A stretch of DNA of 63,312 nt from Oscillospiraceae bacterium (lineage in GTDB: Bacteria > Bacillota > Clostridia > Oscillospirales > Ruminococcaceae), in contig JAFSEN010000102.1 in NCBI GenBank assembly GCA_017435745.1, positions 1 to 63,312 of the forward strand, written 5' to 3'. Made by a program: the position numbers and the translations under genes. This document shows, piece after piece, positions 1-8,921 of the stretch. Each line of letters opens with the position of its first letter. Position 1 is the first letter of the stretch. The notes below the pieces were generated by a model. The model saw only the letters and a list, made by a program, of their open reading frames with translations. It was not told where the DNA came from and ran no database searches.

Positions 1-210
1 AACAAGGTTTCTGAGAATGCTGACGACCGTTGCAACAACGCCGCCCATTCCTCCGAGAAGGTAATGGGAAACTCCCATAAGGGTAAACTGAACGCACTGA
101 GCGGCAAGGATTTTGTTTTTGTTTTTAATAAGACCGATAAGCACCATCATAGTGCAGGAAACAACGGAAATTACGTTTGCGATTATAACAGCGATGTTAT
201 CCAAATTCAT
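1..210 (-). CDS. YgjV-like small inner-membrane protein, N-terminal 70 codons (runs off window start)
   Basis: ATG at 210-208 preceded by GGAGGTA (212-218). Translation MNLDNIAVIIANVISVVSCTMMVLIGLIKNKNKILAAQCVQFTLMGVSHYLLGGMGGVVATVVSILRNLV is open to the window edge. Absent from the supplied ORF track. Confidence 0.55.
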   Translation of the reverse strand, partial: MNLDNIAVIIANVISVVSCTMMVLIGLIKNKNKILAAQCVQFTLMGVSHYLLGGMGGVVATVVSILRNLV

Positions 211-224
211 TACCTCCGTAAATA

Positions 225-257
225 ATAAAAAACTGTCCGGTCGTCAAGGCCGGACAG
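225..257 (-). terminator. Intrinsic terminator downstream of mgtE
   Basis: Stem CTGTCCGG / CCGGACAG (233-240 / 250-257), followed on the minus strand by a U-run (A-run 225-232 on plus). Confidence 0.7.
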
Positions 258-321
258 CAAAATTTCTGTAAACAGCACAACTAATTATAAAAGCGGAAAA
301 GCCCATTGTCAAGCGGAAAAT

Positions 322-1722
322 TCAGATTCCCAAAAGCATGGTTGCAAAACTGAAATAAATCACAAGCGAAAGAGCATCGACAACGGTGGTGATAAAAGGC
401 GAAGCCATTACCGCAGGGTCGGCGCCAAGCTTTTTGGCGATAAGGGGCATGAAAGCGCCGACTATTTTGGAGCAGAAAACAGTAAGGAAAAGGGTCAGCG
501 CGATGACTGCGGAAACAATGGGAGTGACTTCCGGATTTCCGAGGAGCATTCCGTCGAAAAGAAGAACTTTTATAAAGCTTACAACGCCGAGTGCCGCACC
601 TGCAAGGATTCCAACCCGGGCTTCTTTCCAGATTACACTGAAGATGTCGCGGAATTCGATTTCCTGAAGAGAAAGTCCGCGGATGACGGTTACGGAAGCC
701 TGGGAGCTGCAGTTACCGCCGGTACCCATGAGCATGGGGATAAACGCAGTAAGAACAACGCAGGAGGCAAGGGCGCCTTCAAAGCTGCTGATTATCATTC
801 CGGTAAAGGTGGAAGAAAGCATGAGTATCATCAGCCAGGGAATGCGGGATTTCCAGATATCAAGGACCGCGGTACGAAGATAGGGACGGTCGCTCGGAGT
901 GATTGCTGCCATCTTTTCGATATCTTCGGTAGCCTCTTCTTCGATGACGTCGATAGCGTCGTCGAAGGTGATGATTCCAACAAGGCGGTTTTCGGCATCG
1001 ACCACCGGCATGGTGTCGAAGTCATATTTACTCATTCGCTGTACTACCGATTCCTTGTCGTCGGTGGTGCAGGCGGAAATTACGTTGGGCTCCATAATGT
1101 CGCCGATAAGGGCGGCGGTGTTTTTTTCAAGAACGAGGGTTCTGATGGTGACATAGCCGATGAGGTGACGGGCTTCGTCGGTGACGTAAGAAACGTTGAT
1201 GGTTTCGGAATCGTCGCCTTTTTGGCGGATAACGTCGAAAGCACCGGCAACGGTGGTGTTTCTGCGAAGGCGGATAAACTCCGTAGTCATAAGGGAACCG
1301 GCGGAATCTTCCGGATACTGCAGAATTTTGTTTATTTCGCTTCGGGTTTCGGGGTCGGAATATTTGAGTATTCTTTTTACAACGTTTGCGGGCATTTCCT
1401 CAATGACGTCGATGGTATCGTCAAGGAACATTTCATCAAGGATGGCTTCAAGTTCGGCGTTGGAAAAGCCTTTGATGAGCATCTCCTGGGAATCGCTTTC
1501 AAGCTCGACAAAAACGTCCGCCGCCTTTTCTTTTGCAAGAAGTCGGAACATTACGGGAAGGTGGTCTTCCGGCATATCGTCAAAAAGCCATGCAATATCC
1601 GCAGGGTTCATATCAAGAAAACGTTTTCGAAGGTCATTGTATCGCTTTTTGTGACAAAGCTCCTCCAACTCGTCTCTAAGTTCGTCATATCTTTCTTCAA
1701 ATCTTTCTTCAAAATCGGTCAT
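322..1722 (-). CDS. mgtE: Magnesium transporter MgtE
   Basis: 466-aa ORF with an acidic MgtE N-domain, a tandem CBS pair and a C-terminal multi-TM MgtE channel region (GNCSSQ, DPAVMASPFITTVVD). RBS GGAAGGAGG lies upstream of the ATG at 1722. Confidence 0.93.
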   Translation of the reverse strand: MTDFEERFEERYDELRDELEELCHKKRYNDLRKRFLDMNPADIAWLFDDMPEDHLPVMFRLLAKEKAADVFVELESDSQEMLIKGFSNAELEAILDEMFLDDTIDVIEEMPANVVKRILKYSDPETRSEINKILQYPEDSAGSLMTTEFIRLRRNTTVAGAFDVIRQKGDDSETINVSYVTDEARHLIGYVTIRTLVLEKNTAALIGDIMEPNVISACTTDDKESVVQRMSKYDFDTMPVVDAENRLVGIITFDDAIDVIEEEATEDIEKMAAITPSDRPYLRTAVLDIWKSRIPWLMILMLSSTFTGMIISSFEGALASCVVLTAFIPMLMGTGGNCSSQASVTVIRGLSLQEIEFRDIFSVIWKEARVGILAGAALGVVSFIKVLLFDGMLLGNPEVTPIVSAVIALTLFLTVFCSKIVGAFMPLIAKKLGADPAVMASPFITTVVDALSLVIYFSFATMLLGI

Positions 1723-1823
1723 GACGAATCCTCCTTCCCCGAAAACTTACCTACCATAAATAATATTCCTAAAAAAACACAAAGTCAATAAATTGCCCGC
1801 TATTTTTGATGAAAAGGTGATGA

Positions 1824-1850
1824 CAAAAAAGCACCGCTTTTGCGGTGCCC
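1824..1850 (-). terminator. Intrinsic terminator downstream of the carD-like gene
   Basis: On the minus strand GGGCACCGCAAAAGCGGTGC is followed by TTTTTT. A TTGACT-17-TATTAT promoter for mgtE follows. Confidence 0.7.
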
Positions 1851-1855
1851 GGGAT

Positions 1856-2353
1856 TTATCCTATGCGGTTTTTTATGAAATTTATAACTTCTTTCCGGTC
1901 AATGCCGAGTACCCAGGCGAATTCGCCGTAAAGAAGTTTTTCGGCTCTTTGCATTATTGCTTCATCGGTGCTGCGAAGCTTTTTACCCCTTTCCGCAAGT
2001 TCCTTTTTATGAAGATAAAGGCTTCGGATGAGAACGGCGATGTCTTTTCGGACCCCGCCTTCAAGAAGATTCCGGAAGGTTTCGATTCTTTCCTTGTCGT
2101 CCCTGATCCACTCCGCTTCGGAATCCGGAAGGGTATCGATTATTTCAAGCACCTCCGCTTCGGAAAGAAGCTCCCTTGCGCGGGAAACAAAAACCGGGCT
2201 GTCAACGGGAACGGAAAGGCTGGAGCGAAGGTCAAAAACCGGCTGGAGAATATAATACTCCTTTTTGCCGCTTCCGTAATCGCGGACGCAAATATCGTCA
2301 ACGCGGCATACTCCGCTGGCACCGTAAACAAAAACATGACCTTTTTCCAACAT
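1856..2353 (-). CDS. CarD/CdnL-family transcriptional regulator
   Basis: CarD_CdnL_TRCF-type N-terminus (GHVFVYGASGVCRVDDI, YYILQPVFD). The second ATG at 2353 has AAAGGA 9 nt upstream. The ORF is open up to 2371, which has no RBS. Confidence 0.8.
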   Translation of the reverse strand: MLEKGHVFVYGASGVCRVDDICVRDYGSGKKEYYILQPVFDLRSSLSVPVDSPVFVSRARELLSEAEVLEIIDTLPDSEAEWIRDDKERIETFRNLLEGGVRKDIAVLIRSLYLHKKELAERGKKLRSTDEAIMQRAEKLLYGEFAWVLGIDRKEVINFIKNRIG

Positions 2354-2502
2354 CAAAATCGTTCCTTTCATTGCGGTTTTGTCAGAACTTGTGCGGCATA
2401 ACGATGAAAAGCAAAACTTTTCACAATCAGATTATATCACATTTAGACAAAAATTGTCATAGCCTTTTTTCACAAAAGAAAGAAAAAATTTGATGGAAAA
2501 CC

Positions 2503-3081
2503 TTATATTAAAGCCTCAAAAAGCCCGTCGCGGTTACAAAAGAAAAGAAACTTTCCTTTTCCCGAAAAATAAAAACGCACCTCGGGGTTTTGTTCAGGAT
2601 AAAGCTTTTTTATTTGCACCCCGTCATAGGTGACATAAGCGGCGAAAGAGATGTAATGTTCCTTTGTCATGGGGTGCAGAAAACGGATAAAAAGGTCGCC
2701 CTCAGGGCGCTCGATTTCAAAAAGTTCCGCCTCGGCTTTTTCGGGAATAAGTGCGGGAAGATTTATTCCGCAGCAGGAAAAAGCGCCTTCGCCCATGGAA
2801 AAAACGACGTTTCCGCAAACCGGACAAACGTAAAACTTCATTTTTGCGATATTTCCGCCGCGGTTTTTGTTGACAATGTTTTCGCCGGAAAGAAGTTCCG
2901 CCACCGAAACCCCAAGCGCTTTTGAAAGCGGCTCAAGAAGAGTTATATCCGGAAGTCCGCGTTCCGTTTCCCATTTTGAAACGGTTTTATCCGAAACGGA
3001 AATAATTTCGCCAAGCTGCTTTTGGGTAAGGTTTTTGTTTTCCCGAAGTTCCTTTATTGTTCGCCCTTTTATATACGGCAT
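2503..3081 (-). CDS. XRE-HTH fused to desulforedoxin-like and superoxide-reductase-like domains (HTH-Dx-SOR architecture)
   Basis: HTH LTQKQLGEIISVSDKTVSKWETERG; Dx-like CPVCGN...SCCG; SOR-like HPMTKEHYI...FCNRDG. AAGGAG RBS precedes the ATG at 3081. Confidence 0.8.
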   Translation of the reverse strand: MPYIKGRTIKELRENKNLTQKQLGEIISVSDKTVSKWETERGLPDITLLEPLSKALGVSVAELLSGENIVNKNRGGNIAKMKFYVCPVCGNVVFSMGEGAFSCCGINLPALIPEKAEAELFEIERPEGDLFIRFLHPMTKEHYISFAAYVTYDGVQIKKLYPEQNPEVRFYFSGKGKFLFFCNRDGLFEALI

Positions 3082-3316
3082 AAAAATCAGCTCCTTTTCT
3101 GATTTTAAGGTTAACACGAAAAGATGAAAGCATCAACCTTCTTAAAGTAGAATCGGATCGTTCTTTGGAAAAACAAAGCAAAATCCTCTTTTTTTGAAAT
3201 ATAAGGGTGCCAATGGGTATAATTTTATAAAAAACTATTGCAAAAAAGGCAAAAATACTTTATTATTGATAGTGTAAAAAATGCGCTATTGCGCTTCATT
3301 TTAGGAGGTTTAACTT

Positions 3317-3874
3317 ATGGTTTCTGCAGGCGATTTCAGAAACGGTGTTACTTTTGACGATAACGGTGATGTATATCAGATCATCGAATTCCAGCATGTA
3401 AAACCCGGCAAAGGTGCAGCATTTGTCCGTACCAAAATCAGAAACGTCATTACCGGCGCAGTTGTTGAGCGCACTTTCAACCCTACCGATAAATTCCCCA
3501 CCGCATTTATCGAAAGAAAAGAAATGTCTTACAGCTATACCGATGGCGACCTTTATTATTTCATGGATCCCGAAACTTATGAACTTATCCCGATCGAAGA
3601 AAACCTTCTCGGCGATTCTTTCAAATTCTGCAAAGAAGAAGACGTTTGCCGTATTCTTTCTTACAAAGGCAAAGTTTTCGGTCTTGAAGCTCCGAACTTC
3701 GTAACCCTTGAAGTTACCGAAACCGAACCCGGCGTTAAAGGCGATACCGCAACCAACGTTACCAAACCCGCAACCGTTGAAACCGGCGCACAGGTTAAAG
3801 TTCCGCTCTTCATCAACGAAGGCGACAAAATCCAGATCGATACCAGAACCGGTGAATACATCGGCAGAGCATAA
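3317..3874 (+). CDS. efp: Elongation factor P
   Basis: 185 aa with the KPGKG loop ([19 protein letters not shown]) and full-length EF-P-like sequence. AGGAGG RBS present. Confidence 0.96.
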   Translation: MVSAGDFRNGVTFDDNGDVYQIIEFQHVKPGKGAAFVRTKIRNVITGAVVERTFNPTDKFPTAFIERKEMSYSYTDGDLYYFMDPETYELIPIEENLLGDSFKFCKEEDVCRILSYKGKVFGLEAPNFVTLEVTETEPGVKGDTATNVTKPATVETGAQVKVPLFINEGDKIQIDTRTGEYIGRA

Positions 3875-3922
3875 TCCGATCACAAACATTTAAACCGCCT
3901 TTACGGCAAAGGAGAAAAAACC

Positions 3923-4339
3923 ATGACTATTGCTGAAAAAGTTGCACATCTCAAAGGTCTTATGGAAGGCCTTAACTGCGACGACAAAGTTCTCAACGCT
4001 ATCGTTGACATCCTCGAAGATCTTGCATACGATGTAGAAGACGTTCAGGACGCTCTTGCAGAAGTTGGCGAACAGGTTGAACTTATCGACGAAGACCTTG
4101 AAGCACTTGAAAACGATTATTATGAATTCGACGACGATGACTGCGACTGCGATTGCTGCTGCGACGATGATGATTGCGATTGCTGCGACGACGAAGATCT
4201 CTACGAAGTAGAATGCCCCGCATGCGGCGAAGTTATCTGCATCGACGGCTGCATCGTTGACGAAGGCGAAATGGATTGCCCCAACTGCGGCGAACATCTC
4301 GAATTTGACCTTGACGAAGAAGAGGAAGACGAAGAATAA
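3923..4339 (+). CDS. CD1247 N-terminal-domain-like acidic protein with an Asp/Cys tract and a C-terminal zinc ribbon
   Basis: 138 aa. Helical N-terminus (AEKVAHLKGLMEGL), tract DDDDCDCDCCCDDDDCDCCDDED, then CPACG...CPNCG. AAGGAG RBS present, 48 nt after the efp stop. Confidence 0.75.
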   Translation: MTIAEKVAHLKGLMEGLNCDDKVLNAIVDILEDLAYDVEDVQDALAEVGEQVELIDEDLEALENDYYEFDDDDCDCDCCCDDDDCDCCDDEDLYEVECPACGEVICIDGCIVDEGEMDCPNCGEHLEFDLDEEEEDEE

Positions 4340-4389
4340 TTCTTCCAAAAAACAATGGCAATAGGCGTACTGCGCTTATTCATAAAATT

Positions 4390-4586
4390 AAATAGTTTCG
4401 GGGCAGGGTGAAATTCCCTACCGGCGGTGAAGCGGCTTTGTCCGATAAGTCCGAGAGCCTTTTTGGCAAGAACGGGTCAGAATCCCGTACCGACGGTGTG
4501 TGCAAATTTTTGCATAAGTCCGGATGGCGAAACTGCGTGAAGAAATTTGTGCTCCGTACAAAAATTTGTGCGGAGCCTTTCTTTTT
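4390..4586 (+). promoter_or_regulatory. FMN riboswitch (RFN element) with expression-platform terminator
   Basis: Conserved cores GGGGCAGGGTGAAATTCCCTACCGGCGGT, GGTCAGAATCCCGTACCGACGGT and AAGTCCGGATGG. Hairpin CTCCGTAC...GTGCGGAG plus a T-run lies at 4551-4586, directly upstream of ribU. Confidence 0.88.
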
Positions 4587-4647
4587 GCAATTTTGCCTTT
4601 CTTTTAAGAAACTGTTCACACTATTTTTAAAAAGAAAGGGTATTATT

Positions 4648-5220
4648 ATGAAAAACATGAACACAAAAAAACTTACAACTCTCGGCGTACTTGCGGCCTG
4701 CTCCATTGTTCTGGTCGCTTTCATCCATTTTCCGATTTTCCCCGCCGTTTCTTTCCTTGAATATGACCCTGCGGATATTCCGATACTTATAGGTACATTC
4801 CTTTTCGGACCGGTTTGGGGAGTTGTTTTAACCGTTCTTGTTTCCGCAATTCAGGGAATGACTGTTTCCGCCCAAAGCGGCGTTTATGGAATTGTAATGC
4901 ACATAATCGCAACAAGCGCTTTCACCCTTGTTGCAGGTTCCATTTATAAACACAAAAAAACCAAAAAAGGTGCTCTTATCGCAATCGCCTGCGGTGTTCT
5001 TGCAATGGTTGCGGTTATGTATCCGGCAAACCTTGCGCTCACTCCGGTTTATCTCAACGCAATGGCGGGAATGGAAATTGAAGCCGCAAAAGGAATGGTA
5101 AAAAGCCTTATGCCTTTTATCCTTCTCTTTAACCTTACAAAAGCCGGAATAAACGGTGCGGTTACTTATCTTGTTTATAAACGCATCCATAAACTTCTCG
5201 GAAAGCTTAACCTTGCGTAA
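4648..5220 (+). CDS. ribU: ECF transporter S component, riboflavin transporter RibU-like
   Basis: 190-aa multi-TM protein immediately downstream of the FMN riboswitch. The ATG at 4648 was chosen instead of the longer ORF, which would read through the riboswitch. Confidence 0.85.
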   Translation: MKNMNTKKLTTLGVLAACSIVLVAFIHFPIFPAVSFLEYDPADIPILIGTFLFGPVWGVVLTVLVSAIQGMTVSAQSGVYGIVMHIIATSAFTLVAGSIYKHKKTKKGALIAIACGVLAMVAVMYPANLALTPVYLNAMAGMEIEAAKGMVKSLMPFILLFNLTKAGINGAVTYLVYKRIHKLLGKLNLA

Positions 5221-5241
5221 AAATAAAAAGGCAGTGATATC

Positions 5242-7560
5242 TTGAAAATCGACCAAAGCTGGCCGGCTCTTTCAAGCGAAGAAGCAAAGCGCCTTGCCGA
5301 AAACGGCAAGGCGAATGTTTCGCCTTCTTCCGCTTCAAAAAGCGAAAAACAAATATGGTTTTCAAACCTCTTTACCTTCTATAACATGCTCAATCTTGTG
5401 CTTGCGGTTCTTGTAATAACCACGGGCAGCTACCGCAACATGCTTTTTTTGGGAATTGTTATATCGAATTTCCTCATCGGAACGATCCAGGAACTTCGGG
5501 CGAAAAGGACCGTTGACAGTCTTTCGGTGCTCACAGCACCAACTGCAAGGGCAATTCGCGACGGGAAAGAGGTTGTTTTGCCTTATAAGGAACTGGTTCT
5601 CGGGGATGTGGTGCTCATCGGCGCCGGCGACCAGCTTACTGCGGATGCAACGGTGCTCAGCGGTGAAGCAAGGCTTAACGAAAGCCTTATAACCGGCGAA
5701 AGCGATGCGGTTTTAAAGACCGCCGGGGATAAACTTTTTTCCGGAAGCTTCGTAATAAGCGGCGAAGCGGCGGTTGTTCTGACCGCTGTCGGGGCGGAAA
5801 GCTATGCGGAACGCCTTACCGCGGAAGCAAAAAAACTCAAAACTGCAAAATCCGTGCTCAAAACCACTATGATGAATATCATAAAAACCGTCACGGTTTT
5901 TATTGTTCCCATGGGCGTGCTCACTTTTTGGAACCATTATGCCGACCAGGGGCTTTCCTACGTCGATTCAATGATTCCAACCGTCGCGGCAATGGTAGGA
6001 ATGATTCCGGATGGGCTTTATCTGCTCACGAGCATGAGTTTTGCTGTGGGCGTTGTGCGTCTTGCTCAAAAGCGCACCCTTACCCAACAATTATATTCCC
6101 TTGAATCCCTTGCGAGGGCGGACGTGCTCTGTCTTGATAAAACCGGAACCATAACAAGCGGCAATATGAAGATAAAAGGCACCGTAAGCTTTGAAAACGA
6201 TGATATCGGCGCCCTTGCGGCGGAAATTTATTCCGCTGTTCCGGCGGACAACGCCACCGCAAAAGCCATTGTTGAAGCTTTCGGAAGCCGGAACCCTATT
6301 GAAAAACCGGCGAAAAACATTCTTCCATTTTCTTCCGTCCTCAAATATGTTGCGGCGGATTTCGGCGAAGAAGGTTGCTATATGCTTGGCGCGCCGGAAT
6401 TTGTTACCGGCGGAAACTTCCCGGAAACAGTCGCAAAAGCGGCGGAATATTCCGCGGACGGAACCCGGGTTCTTGCCCTTTGTTCCGGAAAATTCGACGG
6501 AAAATTATACAAAGCGGAAAAACCCCTTGGTTTTATACTTATAGAAGACGAAATTCGCCCCAACGTTGCGGAAACTTTTGAATATTTCCGCAAAAACGAT
6601 GTTGCAATAAAAGTTATAAGCGGCGATAACCCGGCGGCGGTTTCCGCAATTGCAAAAAAAGCCGGGGTGCTCGGTGCGGAAAATTTTGCGGATGCTTCGG
6701 TGCTTTCGGATGAAGAACTTTACGCCCTTGCGGAAAAAACCGTTGTTTTCGGAAGAGTAAGTCCGGAACAAAAGCGCGTTATTATAAAAGCTCTTCAAAA
6801 GAACGGACACACGGTTGCAATGACCGGCGACGGAGTCAACGACGTGCTTGCGCTTAAGGATGCGGATTGTTCCGTTGCAATGGCAAGCGGTGCCCAGGCG
6901 GCAAGCCATGCCGCCCAGCTTGTTCTTTTGGATTCGGATTTTTCCGCAATGCCGGAAGTGGTGCTCGAAGGAAGAAGAGTTATCAACAATATTCAAAGGG
7001 CAGCGGCAATTTTTCTTATGAAAACTATTTATACCTTTGCCCTTGCGGCAACGCTTCTTTTTGCACCCTTTGCATACCCCTTTGCACCTATTCAAATGAC
7101 CCTTATCGGCGCGGCCGCATCCGGAATTCCGGGGGTTTTTCTTGCCCTTGAACCGAACTTCAAGCGTGTTCCGAAACATTTTATGAGGGATGTGCTCAAA
7201 AGGGCGGCAATCGGCGCCGCAACGGTTTTTTTTGGAATAATGGCGGTGCTCATAATAAACGAAAATCTTGGAATTTCCGCAAAACTTTCTCTTGATGAGG
7301 TTTCTACAATCTGCACGGTTTACACCGGGGTGGCAAGCCTTATGATGCTTCTTTCAACCTGCCTTCCGCTAAACAAATTCAAGACGGCAATAGTTATCGG
7401 AAGCACAGTTATTTTTTCCGGAGCTCTTCATCTTTTCGATGAACTCTTTATGCTTGTTCCCCTTTCCGCCGCCGGAAGAACCGTTTTGCTGGTGCTTCTG
7501 CCCTTCACCCTTATACAGTTTGCCATAAGATGTTTTCAAATCAGAAAGGAAGAAACATGA
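5242..7560 (+). CDS. Cation-translocating P-type ATPase (P2-like, HAD-IC family)
   Basis: 772 aa with LDKTGTITSGN phosphorylation motif, TGES actuator motif (ITGESD) and MTGDGVNDVLALKDAD hinge. About 10 TM segments. TTG start. Confidence 0.9.
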   Translation: MKIDQSWPALSSEEAKRLAENGKANVSPSSASKSEKQIWFSNLFTFYNMLNLVLAVLVITTGSYRNMLFLGIVISNFLIGTIQELRAKRTVDSLSVLTAPTARAIRDGKEVVLPYKELVLGDVVLIGAGDQLTADATVLSGEARLNESLITGESDAVLKTAGDKLFSGSFVISGEAAVVLTAVGAESYAERLTAEAKKLKTAKSVLKTTMMNIIKTVTVFIVPMGVLTFWNHYADQGLSYVDSMIPTVAAMVGMIPDGLYLLTSMSFAVGVVRLAQKRTLTQQLYSLESLARADVLCLDKTGTITSGNMKIKGTVSFENDDIGALAAEIYSAVPADNATAKAIVEAFGSRNPIEKPAKNILPFSSVLKYVAADFGEEGCYMLGAPEFVTGGNFPETVAKAAEYSADGTRVLALCSGKFDGKLYKAEKPLGFILIEDEIRPNVAETFEYFRKNDVAIKVISGDNPAAVSAIAKKAGVLGAENFADASVLSDEELYALAEKTVVFGRVSPEQKRVIIKALQKNGHTVAMTGDGVNDVLALKDADCSVAMASGAQAASHAAQLVLLDSDFSAMPEVVLEGRRVINNIQRAAAIFLMKTIYTFALAATLLFAPFAYPFAPIQMTLIGAAASGIPGVFLALEPNFKRVPKHFMRDVLKRAAIGAATVFFGIMAVLIINENLGISAKLSLDEVSTICTVYTGVASLMMLLSTCLPLNKFKTAIVIGSTVIFSGALHLFDELFMLVPLSAAGRTVLLVLLPFTLIQFAIRCFQIRKEET

Positions 7561-8108
7561 CCGGTAAAATCCGCCTTGCAACAGTTGATGATGCGGAAAA
7601 AATTCTTCGCGTATATGCGCCGTATATTGAAAAAACCGCAATAACATTTGAATACGAAATTCCCTCCCTTTCGGAATTTTCGGAAAGGATTTCCAAAACC
7701 CTTGAAAAATACCCATGGATAGTTTTTGAGGAAGACGGAAAAATTCTCGGCTATGCTTATGGCGGACCGGAACACAAAAGGGCGGCCTATCAATGGACCG
7801 TTGGGGTTTCGGTTTATGTTGACGAAAGCGCAAAGGGAAAAGGAATTGGAAGCGCCCTTTACGAAAAAATTCTCGATATCCTGAAAAAGCAGAATTTCTG
7901 CCTTTGCTACGCCCTTATCAACGATGATAACGAAGCTTCAATGCGGATGCACGAAAAATTTGGTTTTGTCCGCACCGGAATCCGGAAAAACTGCGGATTT
8001 AAACACGGAAAATGGCACAGCATTGTTTTTCTTGAAAAACAGCTGAACGAATTTTCCGTTCCGCCGGAACCGATAATTCCAATAAATGAACTTGAATATG
8101 AATTTTAA
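7557..8108 (+). CDS. GNAT N-acetyltransferase (phosphinothricin-acetyltransferase-like)
   Basis: IRLATVDDAEKILRVYAPYIEKTAITFE, GKGIGSALYEKIL and HEKFGFVRTG. The ATG overlaps the ATPase stop (ATGA). Confidence 0.85.
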   Translation: MTGKIRLATVDDAEKILRVYAPYIEKTAITFEYEIPSLSEFSERISKTLEKYPWIVFEEDGKILGYAYGGPEHKRAAYQWTVGVSVYVDESAKGKGIGSALYEKILDILKKQNFCLCYALINDDNEASMRMHEKFGFVRTGIRKNCGFKHGKWHSIVFLEKQLNEFSVPPEPIIPINELEYEF

Positions 8109-8111
8109 GAA

Positions 8112-8147
8112 AAAAACGGTCTTTTTGTTTAAAAAAGGCCGTTTTTT
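8112..8147 (+). terminator. Intrinsic terminator after the GNAT gene
   Basis: ACGGTCTTTTT...AAAAAGGCCGT hairpin followed by TTTTTT. Confidence 0.6.
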
Positions 8148-8228
8148 AACAATCTTAATAAAATATTAAGAAATTCCCCACTTTAATCTTAAGGTTTAAA
8201 CTGGTATTATAATGTCGGAGGCGATGAA

Positions 8229-8921
8229 ATGTATAATCTGCTGATTTGTGACGACGACAGGGATATTCGAAATGCCCTTAAAATATATCTTTCCGGCGAA
8301 GGCTATAAAATTTTTGAAGCGGAAAACGGTGCGGAAGCTCTTGCGGTTGCTGCTTCCGAAGAAATCCATCTTGTGCTTATGGATATTATGATGCCGAAAA
8401 TGGATGGAGTTTCCGCCACGGCTAAACTTCGGGAAAATTGCAACGCGCCGATTATTTTTCTTTCGGCAAAAAGCGAGGACAGCGACAAAATCCTCGGTCT
8501 TACGGCGGGCGCGGACGATTATATTACAAAACCCTTTAATCCGCTGGAGGTTATTGCAAGAGTTAAGGCACAGCTCCGAAGATATGCCTATTTCGGCGGA
8601 ATGGAAAAGAAGGAAGATAACCTTTCCGTCGGCGGAATTGAACTTGACGACAACGGAAAAAGCGTAACCCTTAACGGCGAACCGGTTTCGCTTACCCCGA
8701 CGGAATACGATATCCTAAAACTTTTTATTCAGAACCCGGGAAAGGTTTTTTCATCGAAAGAAATTTATTCCGCGGTCTGGAGCAGCGACCCCCTTGGAGC
8801 GGAAGGGACCATTGCGGTACATATCCGCCATTTAAGAGAAAAACTTGAGATAGACCCCGCAAACCCCCGGTATCTTAAAGTTGTATGGGGAAAAGGTTAT
8901 AAACTGGAGGGCGAAAAATGA
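8229..8921 (+). CDS. OmpR/PhoB-family response regulator
   Basis: Receiver domain (LLICDDD, MDIMMPKMDG, SAKSE) plus winged-helix C-terminus (LTPTEYDILKLF, VWGKGYKL). Confidence 0.93.
   Translation: MYNLLICDDDRDIRNALKIYLSGEGYKIFEAENGAEALAVAASEEIHLVLMDIMMPKMDGVSATAKLRENCNAPIIFLSAKSEDSDKILGLTAGADDYITKPFNPLEVIARVKAQLRRYAYFGGMEKKEDNLSVGGIELDDNGKSVTLNGEPVSLTPTEYDILKLFIQNPGKVFSSKEIYSAVWSSDPLGAEGTIAVHIRHLREKLEIDPANPRYLKVVWGKGYKLEGEK

Noticed and set aside
1723-1855. Possible M-box (Mg2+) riboswitch upstream of mgtE.
   Set aside because: The leader is only ~133 nt. Most of it is taken up by the carD-like terminator and a TTGACT-17-TATTAT promoter, which leaves too little sequence. No M-box core motifs were seen.
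4380-4724. 114-aa minus-strand ORF and the 5' extension of the 270-aa plus-strand ORF across 4408..4647.
   Set aside because: Both overlap the FMN riboswitch and its terminator. There is no RBS, and the translations lack coding character.
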